Assembly (NCBI GenBank): GCA_965140445.1 | Contig: OZ223236.1 | Coordinates: 3,264,001-3,328,000 of the forward strand | Direction: 5' to 3' | Source of the DNA: Candidatus Ozemobacteraceae bacterium | Lineage (GTDB): Bacteria; Muiribacteriota; Ozemobacteria; Ozemobacterales; Ozemobacteraceae | Length of the DNA stretch: 64,000 nucleotides | Shown: in pieces, positions 50,106 through 59,969 of the stretch | Numbering within the stretch: position 1 is the stretch's first letter | Layout of the letters: each line of letters opens with the position of its first letter | The notes under the pieces: model-generated | Database searches by the model: none | What the model was told of the DNA's origin: nothing | The model's input: only the letters and a program-made list of their open reading frames with translations | Made by a program: the position numbers and the translations under genes

Positions 50106-53100
50106 TGAAAAGTTTTTCCTTATCTCATTTTTTAACCAGAATCATAAGATACTATCGTGTTGATTGCTGGCAAATGATCTTAGCCGTCGCTTTATGTGCC
50201 ATGGTTGTTTCCGGGTCCTTTATAATTGGTGACTCTGTTGATTTCAGCCTTAGGAAGGTTTCAAAAAGCAGTATCGGTAAAATAAAAACTGTTCTTAGAA
50301 CAGAAGGAAGCTGGCTAACCAAAAAATCTGTACAAAATTTTTCAGCTAAAAACAATGCCTCATCTCAGCTCATAATTTCTACAACAGCTTATTTAGCCAA
50401 ATTAGATGGTAATGGTTCCCAAAAAATTAATCTTTATGGAATTAAGCCCGCGTTTGCATCTTGCTTTAATGATACTGTTGGCCCTAAGATAGCTTCTGCT
50501 GAAATAGCAATTAATAAAGCTCTGGCAGATAGTCTTGATTTAAAAATAGGCGATAGGGTGGTTTTACGTTATTTTAAACCCACTGGAATGCCCGGTGATG
50601 CACCTTTTTCACTGCAGAAAAGCAGCATTAAAACTAGAAGCTTAAAAGTATCTTCACTTATCTCAGGAGAAAGTGGTGGAAACTTTTCTTTAAACGTTTC
50701 TCAGCAATTGCCCATTAATGGATTTTTAGATTTTGATTTTCTTGCTGAATTGCTAGAGCAAACCGGTAGAGGAAATATTATCTGTTCTTTAGAACAGGCC
50801 GATCTTGGAAATCTCATAAAGCCTTATTTAACCCTTGAGGATTATGGTCTTAATTTGGAAAGAGAAGGTAAAAGCGCCTATTTAAGGTCAAATTCAGTTT
50901 TTATTTCGGATTATCTGGCCAACCAGTTCAAGTTGATTGCAAGCGATAGTCAAGAGGCTTTTGGCTACTTTGTAAATTCCATTGAATCTGGAACAAAGAG
51001 CGTTCCTTACTCATTCGTAACAGGAATAGAAAAAACACTCCTGGCAAGTTTTTCCAGGAATCTTTCTTCCATAATCATTAATGAATGGACAGCCAGAAAA
51101 CTTAATGTCTCCAATGGAGACCGCTTAAAAATGTCCTATTATCTTCCACGGCCTTTTGGGCTTTTGGAAGAAAAAAGTGCTGATTTTTCTTTAGAAAAAG
51201 TTATCTCCATGAAGGACAGCGAGCAATATAAAAGGTTTGCGCCCGTTTTCCCGGGAATGGAAAATGCTGAAAGTTGTTCTGATTGGGACCCCTCATTACC
51301 TATCAACACCAGGCTTATTGAAGATGACGATGAAGAATATTGGGAAACCTACAAAAGCCTTCCCAAAGCAATTGTCGATGTTCAGACTGCTAAAAAGCTC
51401 TGGGGCAATCGCTTCGGCGGAAGAACTCTTTTATATTGTTCGTTCTTTCCAGAGTTAGAAGATAAACTCCTGGCCGCCCTTAACCAGGAAAAAATGGGCT
51501 TTATAACGATACCATCAGCACAACAAAAAATCGAAGCAACAGATAAAGCGCTTGATTTCCGCGGTCTTTTTATTGGTCTTGGCTTTTTTGTAATTGTTTC
51601 TGCGTTGCTTCTTGTGAAATTACTTTTTGAAATGCATATTGAAAGACGTTTTCAGGAAATGTCGGTTATGAGCATAATAGGATTTTCTTCAAATGTTTTA
51701 AGAAAACTACTATTTCAGGAAGCTCTTATAATCTGTTGTATTGGTGCACCTTTTGGCGTAATTTCGGGTTGGATTTACGCAAAAATACAAATTCTTTTAC
51801 TTAGCTCTGTATGGCATGGTGCTTTAAATTTTTCAAGCCTTGAACTAGATGTCAGGGGCACAAGCTTATTAATTTCACTATTTGTGACCATCTTTATTTC
51901 AATGATTCCGGTGTTTTTTTTTATTCGAAAGTTTCTGCTTTCAGATCAACACCAGCTAATCTTTGGTTCTCCGAATAAGTTTACTCCCCCTGATTCAGGT
52001 ATCCTTTACCCCACAATTTTCCTCGCCTTCGCTTTTGTTACAATTCTTGCTACCCCGAACAAGGATGCTGTTCAGGAACTAGCCTTATTCTTCATCGCAG
52101 GCTTTGCTCTTCTATATTTTCTAACTCAATGGAGCTTATTTTATTTAGCTAACAGCACAAAAATTGAATCTCCCATGAAAATTATAGATTTGGCTAAAAG
52201 AAACTGTATTCGTAAATTTAGTCGCAGTCAGGCTGTAATTAGAGTTCTGGCATTTGCAGTTTTTCTGGTCATTGGAATATCGGCCAATCATAGAGGTGAA
52301 GTTGAAAATCCATGGAACAAAAAAGGCGGAACCGGTGGCTTCTCAATATTTGGAGAGACAGCGATCCCTTTTAGTGGTGATTTGTTTTCCGGGGCAACTG
52401 GCAAAAAGAATAGCCAAACAGGGTTAGGTTCAGAAACAATGCTGATACAGGTTCCCGTTTTAGAAGGCAGTGAAGCCAGCTGCTTTAACCTGAATTCCGT
52501 AAAAAAACCTTCAGTAATAGGTGTAAGACCAGAAGTTTTTAAGGATCGGTTTGATTTTGCCTGGCAAACTGATAAACAAGCAGGTTGGGAAGCTCTCCAA
52601 AAAGAATTTTCGGATAGCAAAGTTATTCCGGCAATTGCAGATTCGGAAGTAATAATGTGGAGTCTTGGATTAAAACAGGGTAGTGAAATTGAGTTCAAAT
52701 CCTCCAACGGAGAAGTTTATCGTCTAAAGTTTGTTGCTGGTCTAAAAGGCTCAATTTTTCAGGGTATGGTGCTGGTTTCTCTTGATAATTTTTATCGGCT
52801 CTGGCCTGAATCTTCAGGAAGTCGTTTGTTTTTGACCAACAGCTCTAAATTGAATTTTGATAATGATTTTAAGGGCCTTACAACTAGTTTAAACCGCTAC
52901 GGGGTGAATCTGGAACCTGCTTCAGAAAGACTGGCTAAGTTTAACCGGGTTCAAAACACGTATTTAACAATGTTTCTATCTTTGGGAAGTATTGCTTTGC
53001 TTCTTGGTACTGTAGCAATTGGCATACTACTAAATCGCAATCTTTTTGAGCGAAAGAATGAGCTTAAAACCCTTTTTGCAATAGGTTTTACGTCTTCTCA

Positions 53101-53320
53101 ACTTTTTAACATTATTTTTATGGAACATCTTTTCCTATTTGTAATTGGAGTTTTTAACGGTCTATTGTCTGCCGGACTGGCTATTTATCCTGTGTTGATT
53201 TCAGCTCAGGGAAAACCTCCGGTTACAGGAATACTAATGTCCGTTTTAGTGCTATTGGTAGCGGGCTTTATCAGCTTATATGTATCTTTAAGGGCAAGTT
53301 GGAAAGAAGTTAATTTGTAA
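50105..53320 (+). CDS. Large FtsX/LolE-type ABC permease (duplicated architecture)
   Basis: 1071 aa with two TM bundles separated by large soluble domains; ERRFQEM...IGFS and ERKNELKTLFAIGF motifs. Confidence 0.85.
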   Translation: MKSFSLSHFLTRIIRYYRVDCWQMILAVALCAMVVSGSFIIGDSVDFSLRKVSKSSIGKIKTVLRTEGSWLTKKSVQNFSAKNNASSQLIISTTAYLAKLDGNGSQKINLYGIKPAFASCFNDTVGPKIASAEIAINKALADSLDLKIGDRVVLRYFKPTGMPGDAPFSLQKSSIKTRSLKVSSLISGESGGNFSLNVSQQLPINGFLDFDFLAELLEQTGRGNIICSLEQADLGNLIKPYLTLEDYGLNLEREGKSAYLRSNSVFISDYLANQFKLIASDSQEAFGYFVNSIESGTKSVPYSFVTGIEKTLLASFSRNLSSIIINEWTARKLNVSNGDRLKMSYYLPRPFGLLEEKSADFSLEKVISMKDSEQYKRFAPVFPGMENAESCSDWDPSLPINTRLIEDDDEEYWETYKSLPKAIVDVQTAKKLWGNRFGGRTLLYCSFFPELEDKLLAALNQEKMGFITIPSAQQKIEATDKALDFRGLFIGLGFFVIVSALLLVKLLFEMHIERRFQEMSVMSIIGFSSNVLRKLLFQEALIICCIGAPFGVISGWIYAKIQILLLSSVWHGALNFSSLELDVRGTSLLISLFVTIFISMIPVFFFIRKFLLSDQHQLIFGSPNKFTPPDSGILYPTIFLAFAFVTILATPNKDAVQELALFFIAGFALLYFLTQWSLFYLANSTKIESPMKIIDLAKRNCIRKFSRSQAVIRVLAFAVFLVIGISANHRGEVENPWNKKGGTGGFSIFGETAIPFSGDLFSGATGKKNSQTGLGSETMLIQVPVLEGSEASCFNLNSVKKPSVIGVRPEVFKDRFDFAWQTDKQAGWEALQKEFSDSKVIPAIADSEVIMWSLGLKQGSEIEFKSSNGEVYRLKFVAGLKGSIFQGMVLVSLDNFYRLWPESSGSRLFLTNSSKLNFDNDFKGLTTSLNRYGVNLEPASERLAKFNRVQNTYLTMFLSLGSIALLLGTVAIGILLNRNLFERKNELKTLFAIGFTSSQLFNIIFMEHLFLFVIGVFNGLLSAGLAIYPVLISAQGKPPVTGILMSVLVLLVAGFISLYVSLRASWKEVNL

Positions 53321-53482
53321 AAGATATATTGTATCAGCCTCTCAGAAAGTTCTTTGGTTTGCCAATTCCAGTTTTGTTTCTGGATCTACTTTTTTAAACC
53401 CAAAATTTTAAAAACAATGAAAATTTGCTATTTAAGCCTATTAGAATTAAAATCTATTCAAAAATAAAATACAGGCAGGAAA

Positions 53483-55537
53483 GTGATGACTGAAATCTTT
53501 AAAAATAGAAATTTTAACTGGATGAAAAATGGCAAAACCCAATGGGAAAAGACATTTGATGAAATTCGTTCTCTTAAAATTGATGACTCAAACGACTGGG
53601 GAAGGTTTTTTGCTGGATTAAGAAATAGTCTGACAAATGGCTACGATTTACAGCAAATGATAGAAAAAGATTCAACTTTTAAAAGCTTCTCCCTAAAGGA
53701 ACTTCAGGAAAAAAATCTCCAATGGTACTCTGAAATACGTTCGGGCGAGCAGGGATATGAAAAATGCTTTGCCAATCCAGATTATGCAGTAAGTGTCTTT
53801 GAGTTAAAATTAGGACAGCTTTTATCTGCTATTTATGTAAATTTTCGCCAATGCTTAAACATGGCAAGAATTGGTAATTATTCAGAGATGCTCGCTTTAA
53901 ACGAATTTTTTCTTGAGCTATTTGAGCTTTATAACAAAAATGAAGCGAATTATGACAAAGTCTATTCAGCTTATAAAAGAAACGTTTATAACGACCTTGA
54001 AAATTCCTCATTTGCAAAAAATTATTTTAAATATGACCCCACTTTTGATTTGTATTATGAACTTATAAAAACATCAGAATTTGCTGATTTAAGATATCTA
54101 TATCGTTTTGGAATATATGTAGATCCCCAAATCGTAAAACTTGCAGAATTTTTAAATAACTACCCGCACGAAGAACTTGTTACAATCGCTAAAAACCATA
54201 TAGCAGCATATTTAAAGAGCTTTAATCATAAAAAACTGGATTATCGCAAAAAGAAATTCGCTAAGGTACATTATCCGCAAGGTATGGAAAAGCTGGCATT
54301 TCTCTATGGAGAAGAGCTTAAAAAAGTCGGTTTGATTCCTTCTTTTGGCTCACCAGACACTCAGGGTGCAAATGAACAATATGGTTATGATAATCGCTTT
54401 CAAAACGCTCTTTACTTAAATGAAGAGTTTGAAGAAAAATACAGTAAAATTTACGCCGATTGCATGAATGAAATGAAAGAAAACCTCAGAGCTATTTCAG
54501 GTTCTGTTGTAATCTGGCTGTTTGGACAAGAACCATTTGTCCCCGAAATAAAAGCCAATGCGATTCAAATGAGCGAAGAGCAGGATAAATTAATGCATAA
54601 AATGCAAAACAAGCTATCCAGTTTGTATTTTGACGCTGCACCAAGGGGTGAAACAAGCTTTAGCATTATTTCCTTCCCTTCAACCGAAATTGGAGAAAAT
54701 TTCGAAGAAATCTTTAAAGATACTATAGACTTGAATAATTTGAATGGCGATCACTATGAACAGATGCAGGAGCATATGATTGAAATTCTTGATCAATCAG
54801 ATTATGTAGAAGTTAAAGGGAAAGAGGGTAATAGAACCAATATATGTGTTCAGTTACCAAAACTGAAAGACCCTGAAACACAAACCAATTTCTTTAACTG
54901 CGGGGCAGACGTAAATATCCCGGTTGGAGAGATTTTTACATCACCAAAATTAACTGGAACTAACGGAGTCTTACATGTAGATGATATTTTCCTGTTTGGA
55001 TTACGTTATTACAACCTGGAAATAACTTTTAAAGATGGCATGATTACCGATTACACATGCTCCAACTTTGAGAATGAAGAAGAAAACAGGAAATACATGT
55101 TTGATAACCTTCTCAAGCCAAATAAAACCTTACCAATAGGGGAGTTTGCTATTGGAACAAACACCCTTGCTTACCAGATGGCGCAAAAACATCAGATTCA
55201 GCACCTTCTTCCCATATTGATTGTTGAAAAAATGGGACCTCACTTTGCAATAGGTGATACTTGCTTTGCGCATGAAGAAGAAAGTTACCAGACGGGTGTA
55301 ATTTCAGGCAAACTAATGGTAGCCACAGAAAATGAAAAAAGTGCTCTTCGTAAAACCGATCCTTCGCAAGCCTATACTCATAAGCATGTGGACATTACCC
55401 TCCCTTATGACATGCTTGCTGAAATTACCGCAGTAAAATCTGATGGCACAAGAGTACCAATCATTCTTGATGGTCTTTTTGTAGTGCCAGGAACTGAAGA
55501 GCTCAATATACCATTGAAAAAAATGAGAGAGAATTAA
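53483..55537 (+). CDS. Aminopeptidase, M29 (thermophilic metalloprotease)-like
   Basis: NIPVGEIFTSP, GEFAIGTN, EKMGPHFAIGD, HVDIT. Confidence 0.8.
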   Translation: MMTEIFKNRNFNWMKNGKTQWEKTFDEIRSLKIDDSNDWGRFFAGLRNSLTNGYDLQQMIEKDSTFKSFSLKELQEKNLQWYSEIRSGEQGYEKCFANPDYAVSVFELKLGQLLSAIYVNFRQCLNMARIGNYSEMLALNEFFLELFELYNKNEANYDKVYSAYKRNVYNDLENSSFAKNYFKYDPTFDLYYELIKTSEFADLRYLYRFGIYVDPQIVKLAEFLNNYPHEELVTIAKNHIAAYLKSFNHKKLDYRKKKFAKVHYPQGMEKLAFLYGEELKKVGLIPSFGSPDTQGANEQYGYDNRFQNALYLNEEFEEKYSKIYADCMNEMKENLRAISGSVVIWLFGQEPFVPEIKANAIQMSEEQDKLMHKMQNKLSSLYFDAAPRGETSFSIISFPSTEIGENFEEIFKDTIDLNNLNGDHYEQMQEHMIEILDQSDYVEVKGKEGNRTNICVQLPKLKDPETQTNFFNCGADVNIPVGEIFTSPKLTGTNGVLHVDDIFLFGLRYYNLEITFKDGMITDYTCSNFENEEENRKYMFDNLLKPNKTLPIGEFAIGTNTLAYQMAQKHQIQHLLPILIVEKMGPHFAIGDTCFAHEEESYQTGVISGKLMVATENEKSALRKTDPSQAYTHKHVDITLPYDMLAEITAVKSDGTRVPIILDGLFVVPGTEELNIPLKKMREN

Positions 55538-55583
55538 TGGCAGTCAAATAGGCTCATTTAATTTCTAAAAGAACGTTCTCTTT

Positions 55584-55630
55584 AAAAAAAGCCAATCTGT
55601 TTTAAATCCATTAAACAGGTTGGCTTTTTT
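55584..55630 (+). terminator. Intrinsic terminator after the aminopeptidase gene
   Basis: AAAAAAAGCCAATCTGTTT...AAACAGGTTGGCTTTTTT hairpin flanked by A and T runs. Confidence 0.8.
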
Positions 55631-55696
55631 CTTAAAGAAGGTTGTTACAAACAATTTTCATTAGTAAACTAATTAAAACTTTTGTTGGGGGCTTTA

Positions 55697-56074
55697 ATGG
55701 GTATTATTTTAGTATTTGGGATAATTGTTTTTGTAATTATTTTGTTGTCTGTGACCGGCTCAAACGAAAAAGTAAATAATCAGGATTCTGATGTAGAAAA
55801 TGTAGATATTGAGCCTCCTGAAATATCTCAAGAAATAATGCCACTTGTAGAATGGCTATGTGAACAGGCTTTAATTGAGATAAGTGTTAAAGTCTGGGAA
55901 GACACTATTGCATTAAAAAGATTTGTTGATGCCAGTGAAAAAGCTTTAAAAGAACTAGAAGAGAAAGAAGAAACAGAGATAAATCTACCTTTTATAGCAG
56001 TTGCGGCAGATGGACCAAAGCATTTCTCGATAAAAATTGACAGAATAAAATGCAAAGAGCTTGGAGTAATGTAA
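55697..56074 (+). CDS. Small membrane-anchored protein whose soluble part resembles Hsp70/DnaK subdomain IIB
   Basis: N-terminal TM, then LVEWLCEQ...DTIALKRFVDASEKALKELEEKEETEINLPFIAVAADGPKHFSIKIDR, similar to DnaK ..AMQRLKEAAEKAKIELS...TDVNLPYIT.DATGPKH. Confidence 0.7.
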   Translation: MGIILVFGIIVFVIILLSVTGSNEKVNNQDSDVENVDIEPPEISQEIMPLVEWLCEQALIEISVKVWEDTIALKRFVDASEKALKELEEKEETEINLPFIAVAADGPKHFSIKIDRIKCKELGVM

Positions 56075-56077
56075 AAA

Positions 56078-56107
56078 AGGCCTGGTTCATTTCTTTGAAC
56101 CAGGCCT
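56078..56107. terminator. Bidirectional intrinsic terminator between convergent genes
   Basis: AGGCCTGGTTCA-loop-TGAACCAGGCCT with an A-run before and a T-rich run after. Confidence 0.85.
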
Positions 56108-56128
56108 ATTTTGGTTATAGCAAAAAGC

Positions 56129-57295
56129 TTAAAGATTACCGAGCTGTTTTAACTTTCTAGCTGCGTATCTGTCGTTTTCTTGAACAAGTTGATATTGAAG
56201 AGTTGTCTGAAGATCTTTCCCGATAACTTCAAACAGTCCAGGATGCTTCTTTTTCATTTCCTTAAGAGCTTTTAATACCTCGTCTACGACGATATATGAA
56301 TGTTTATCCAGATCTTTTCGAATGTCTTTGTTAAAGTCTTTTCTTAAAGAAGTGAATTTTTTTCCGGCAATATTATCTTCAGAGCCATTTTTGCTTAGTT
56401 TGCCAAGAGTTTTCATTCTGGCAAGCTTCAAGTGAATTGGAATTCTATATTGGCTGGCATATATAATTTGTCCGCTTATTACAGAACCAACATAGGCACC
56501 AACAATCGTTCCTGCTCCCGGAAGAAGAAAGCTACCCACAACAGAACCAATAGAGCTTCCAGTCATCTCTCCCAACATAGTCGGTATGTTTTTTACCAGG
56601 CAAAGAACAAAGAAATGTGCAAAATGTCCCATTTTGCTGGAAACATATAGAACTTTTTTCAAATTGGTATCGCCCATTTCATCTGCACGGTTCTGAAGTT
56701 CTTTTTTCAGTTTTTCCAGTTTTTCAGGTGAAAATGAGGTAAGAACTTCAGCTGTTAAATTAGCAAGTTTTCTAACTCTAGCTTCTTCAAGAAACTTAAG
56801 AACAGTTTCACCAATAGGGTTGTAAGCCAGGTTTACCCCAGGGGTAACTCGTGCAATACTTGAAAGAATGTTTTCCTGAAAAACAATCAATTCTCCATCT
56901 ATCTCATAAACCATGTTTCCATTTTTCGACACTGGATTCTTAAGGAGAAAATCGAAAGCAAATTGTCCATCGGAGGAATAAATCTTTTCCCCTTTAATAA
57001 ACATTTTATGAATACTTTTAGAAACAGCGAGCGTGCCCTCAATTTCTATGTATAAACGATGAAACTTCTGGTCATAAAAAGTATCTTTAATTGCTATGTT
57101 TGACTCGGATTTTTTATTAAATGCAGAAACAAATTCTTTTGCTGCGAAAATACTTTTATCAGCTATTTTTTTGTGTAATTTATCAGCTTCTGGTCCAAAA
57201 AAATCGTTACTATTGCTTGCCAAAGCAAGATTAGAATTTAAAGCAAAAGATAAAATCAAGCACAAACCAAAAACAAAAAATCTTTTGAATTTCAC
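56129..57295 (-). CDS. Hypothetical secreted protein with glycine-zipper-like segment
   Basis: Signal peptide ending ALA; GSSIGSVVGSFLLPGAGTIVGAYVGSVISG; AAGGAGAG RBS. Confidence 0.7.
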   Translation of the reverse strand: MKFKRFFVFGLCLILSFALNSNLALASNSNDFFGPEADKLHKKIADKSIFAAKEFVSAFNKKSESNIAIKDTFYDQKFHRLYIEIEGTLAVSKSIHKMFIKGEKIYSSDGQFAFDFLLKNPVSKNGNMVYEIDGELIVFQENILSSIARVTPGVNLAYNPIGETVLKFLEEARVRKLANLTAEVLTSFSPEKLEKLKKELQNRADEMGDTNLKKVLYVSSKMGHFAHFFVLCLVKNIPTMLGEMTGSSIGSVVGSFLLPGAGTIVGAYVGSVISGQIIYASQYRIPIHLKLARMKTLGKLSKNGSEDNIAGKKFTSLRKDFNKDIRKDLDKHSYIVVDEVLKALKEMKKKHPGLFEVIGKDLQTTLQYQLVQENDRYAARKLKQLGNL

Positions 57296-57335
57296 AAAAA
57301 TCTCTCCTTAAAACTTTTAGTTTCGAATAAATAAC

Positions 57336-57351
57336 AGCAATTCCTATGCCA
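57336..57351 (-). promoter_or_regulatory. Putative sigma54 (-24/-12) promoter
   Basis: Minus strand TGGCATAGGAATTGCT (GG-N10-GC), 40 nt upstream of the start at 57295. Confidence 0.7.
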
Positions 57352-57430
57352 TTCATTATTTCACTAGATCAGCGTTTCCGCGTTATCAACATCAAAAAAT
57401 AGATGAAAAATCAGCACCAGGTCGCAAATT

Positions 57431-58723
57431 TTAATCTTTAACCGATTCTTCCTCCTCATCTTCTTTGACAGCTGGGGCATCAATCTGCACCATATCGTCT
57501 TTATTTAAGCCTGATACAATTTCAATAAATGAAATACCGCTTGCTCCTATTACCACGGATTTCTTTTCAGGCTCTCCTGTCCTGTTTTTTACCCAGACAA
57601 AGGGTTTATCGTTTTCATCTTTTTCAACAGCTATAACAGGAATATACAAGCATTGACTGGCGATAATTGATTTAATTTCTGCCTTAAAAGACATTCCTGG
57701 TCGCAAAATTTCATCATGATCCAGAATGTCGATTACAACCTTGTTCTCTTCAAGCGTTCCTTCAGGATCATTCCTGCCAAGTCTTTCATTGCGCGTAACA
57801 GGATAGTTGTCTTTTATCCCCACAACAGCTTTAAGTTTTTTATCGGGTTGAGCAGTTAGATAAAGGTCAACCTGATCGCCAATCTTAACAAATTTGGAAT
57901 CTGAAGGATTTATGTAGATGGTCCCCTGAAAATTATCCAGATTTGGTATCTCCAGAAGCTTATCTCCCGGTGAAACAACTTTGTTTTTTTCAACCTTGCC
58001 TTTCTCATTATTCAAGCGAACAAATGGTTTAAAAATGATTCCATCCCGTGGAGAAAGCACTTTTGAACTGGCAATTTTGGTTCTCTGATCCTCCATCTTT
58101 TTTTCAGCTTCTTTAACCTGAAGCTTTTTAACAACAAGAGCAACTTCCTTTTCCTTCTCAAATTCCATTCGTGAATTATTGGCCTGTTTCAGTTCCATTT
58201 GAGCCATTTTTACATTCAGTTTTGATTTTTCCAAATCAATTTTTGAGATAATATTAGAATTCTCGACAACCATGACTTTTGCCTTGGCCAATTCCAGTTC
58301 CTTACGCTGTATTGCAAGATCCAGTTCGATTAATCTATTCTTTAAATCAAAATTGGTTTTTTCATATTCTGCTTTTGCAACTTCAAGATCGTTTTTGGCA
58401 CTTTCCAATTCTTTTTGAAATGAACTGGAATCAAATTCCAGGATTAAATCACCTTTTTTTACGCTACAGCCATCTTCTAATACTTCTTTAACGGTAAGGT
58501 AATATTCGTTTTTCATTTCCGGGGCATGAATATTGGTAGTATCTTTGGTTTGGACTTCTCCAAAATAAACAGTGCTTTCCAGACAGTCTCCAAATTTTAC
58601 GGGAACAAATATTCCATCTGGTTTTTCAGAAAAGCCAAAATTGAATCCTGACAAAAATAAAACGCACAATCCCAAAACAAACAATGGCAAAGCGCGGTAA
58701 AAATGCTTAAAACTATTATTCAT
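57431..58723 (-). CDS. Efflux periplasmic adaptor (MacA/HlyD-like)
   Basis: N-terminal TM, VKKGDLILEFD, long coiled coil, SPRDG, LRPGMS, IVSGL. Confidence 0.88.
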   Translation of the reverse strand: MNNSFKHFYRALPLFVLGLCVLFLSGFNFGFSEKPDGIFVPVKFGDCLESTVYFGEVQTKDTTNIHAPEMKNEYYLTVKEVLEDGCSVKKGDLILEFDSSSFQKELESAKNDLEVAKAEYEKTNFDLKNRLIELDLAIQRKELELAKAKVMVVENSNIISKIDLEKSKLNVKMAQMELKQANNSRMEFEKEKEVALVVKKLQVKEAEKKMEDQRTKIASSKVLSPRDGIIFKPFVRLNNEKGKVEKNKVVSPGDKLLEIPNLDNFQGTIYINPSDSKFVKIGDQVDLYLTAQPDKKLKAVVGIKDNYPVTRNERLGRNDPEGTLEENKVVIDILDHDEILRPGMSFKAEIKSIIASQCLYIPVIAVEKDENDKPFVWVKNRTGEPEKKSVVIGASGISFIEIVSGLNKDDMVQIDAPAVKEDEEEESVKD

Positions 58724-59969
58724 GGTGTAAAGCCTCCACAGGGTTCAATTGAGCCGCTTTCCAGGCTGGCATAATTCCAAACAAAACTCCTGTCAAAAAT
58801 GAGATCCCAAAAGAGATCAAGATAGGTTGAAATGAAAAGAAAACCGAGATTTCAGTGAAATGTGAGATAGAATAGCTTATTCCAAGCCCGGTACAAATCC
58901 CGATTCCGCCTCCAATAAAGCAAACAAGAACTGATTCAAACAAAAACTGGAAAATAATATGATGACGTTTAGCTCCCAGAGCCCTACGTAAACCAATTTC
59001 TGATCTTCGTTCAAGAACATTCGCAAGCATAATATTCATAATCCCGATACCACCGACCAGTAAAGAAATTGAAGCAATGCTTAGCAAAACGATATTGAGA
59101 ATTCTTTGTGTGGATTGCTTTTGCTCAAGCAATTCCAAAGGCGAAACAATTTTATAATCTACCCGGGCATTATGAGAAACCTGAAGAACCTTTTCTGCAA
59201 CAGTTTTTATCTGTGTGGTTTCTTTTAAATTCTGGCATTTAATAAGAATTCGCCTTAATTCTGCATAAATTTCCAGCGGGTTAATCTTTTCCATACTCGT
59301 GGAGAAGGGCACAAATACAGATTTGTTAAATTCATTAGGATTAACCGGTAGGCCACGTTTCCCCTTTTTCCTGTTAACGGCAAATGGTTTTTCATAAACA
59401 CCAACAATTTTTAACCACTTATAATTCAAGCTGAAAAACTTTCCAATGGCTTTTTGTGGGGTGCCAAAAATCTGCCTGGCGTATTCCATGCTTATTAGAC
59501 CCACAGAAGCGTTTGATGAAAAGTCATGTGCTATAAAATCTCGGCCGGCAACGATAACCATGTCGTTAACTTTTACAAAATTTTGGCTGACAGCGTAGGT
59601 GTCCAGGTCATAAATTTGAACATTCCAATTGGTAGTTTTAATTTTAATTTTATCCATATAGGCTATCTGCCTGTTTTCCATTGGAATTACGTTTCTTAGG
59701 GCTCTTACATCTGCTACTGTTAGTCCAAGTGAGTCATTAATAATTTGTGAAATCATTGAATTTGAGACTTTTTGAGGAAGGATTTGGACCAAAGTCGCAC
59801 CCATGGCGTTGATATTTTCCAGAATCTTTTTTTGTGCGCCTTCGCCAATGGTTACCATTGCGATAACTGAAGCTACTCCAAAAATAATTCCCAGGAGGGT
59901 AAGTCCAGTCCGAAAAATATTCATCCTGAATTGAGTAAGGCTGCCTTTTACAAGGGTTGAAATTCTCAT
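58716..59969 (-). CDS. MacB-type ABC permease
   Basis: RTGLTLLGIIFGVASVIAM, LLVGGIGIMNIML, ERRSEIGLRRALGA, PAWKAA.LNPVEAL. Confidence 0.93.
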   Translation of the reverse strand: MRISTLVKGSLTQFRMNIFRTGLTLLGIIFGVASVIAMVTIGEGAQKKILENINAMGATLVQILPQKVSNSMISQIINDSLGLTVADVRALRNVIPMENRQIAYMDKIKIKTTNWNVQIYDLDTYAVSQNFVKVNDMVIVAGRDFIAHDFSSNASVGLISMEYARQIFGTPQKAIGKFFSLNYKWLKIVGVYEKPFAVNRKKGKRGLPVNPNEFNKSVFVPFSTSMEKINPLEIYAELRRILIKCQNLKETTQIKTVAEKVLQVSHNARVDYKIVSPLELLEQKQSTQRILNIVLLSIASISLLVGGIGIMNIMLANVLERRSEIGLRRALGAKRHHIIFQFLFESVLVCFIGGGIGICTGLGISYSISHFTEISVFFSFQPILISFGISFLTGVLFGIMPAWKAAQLNPVEALHHE

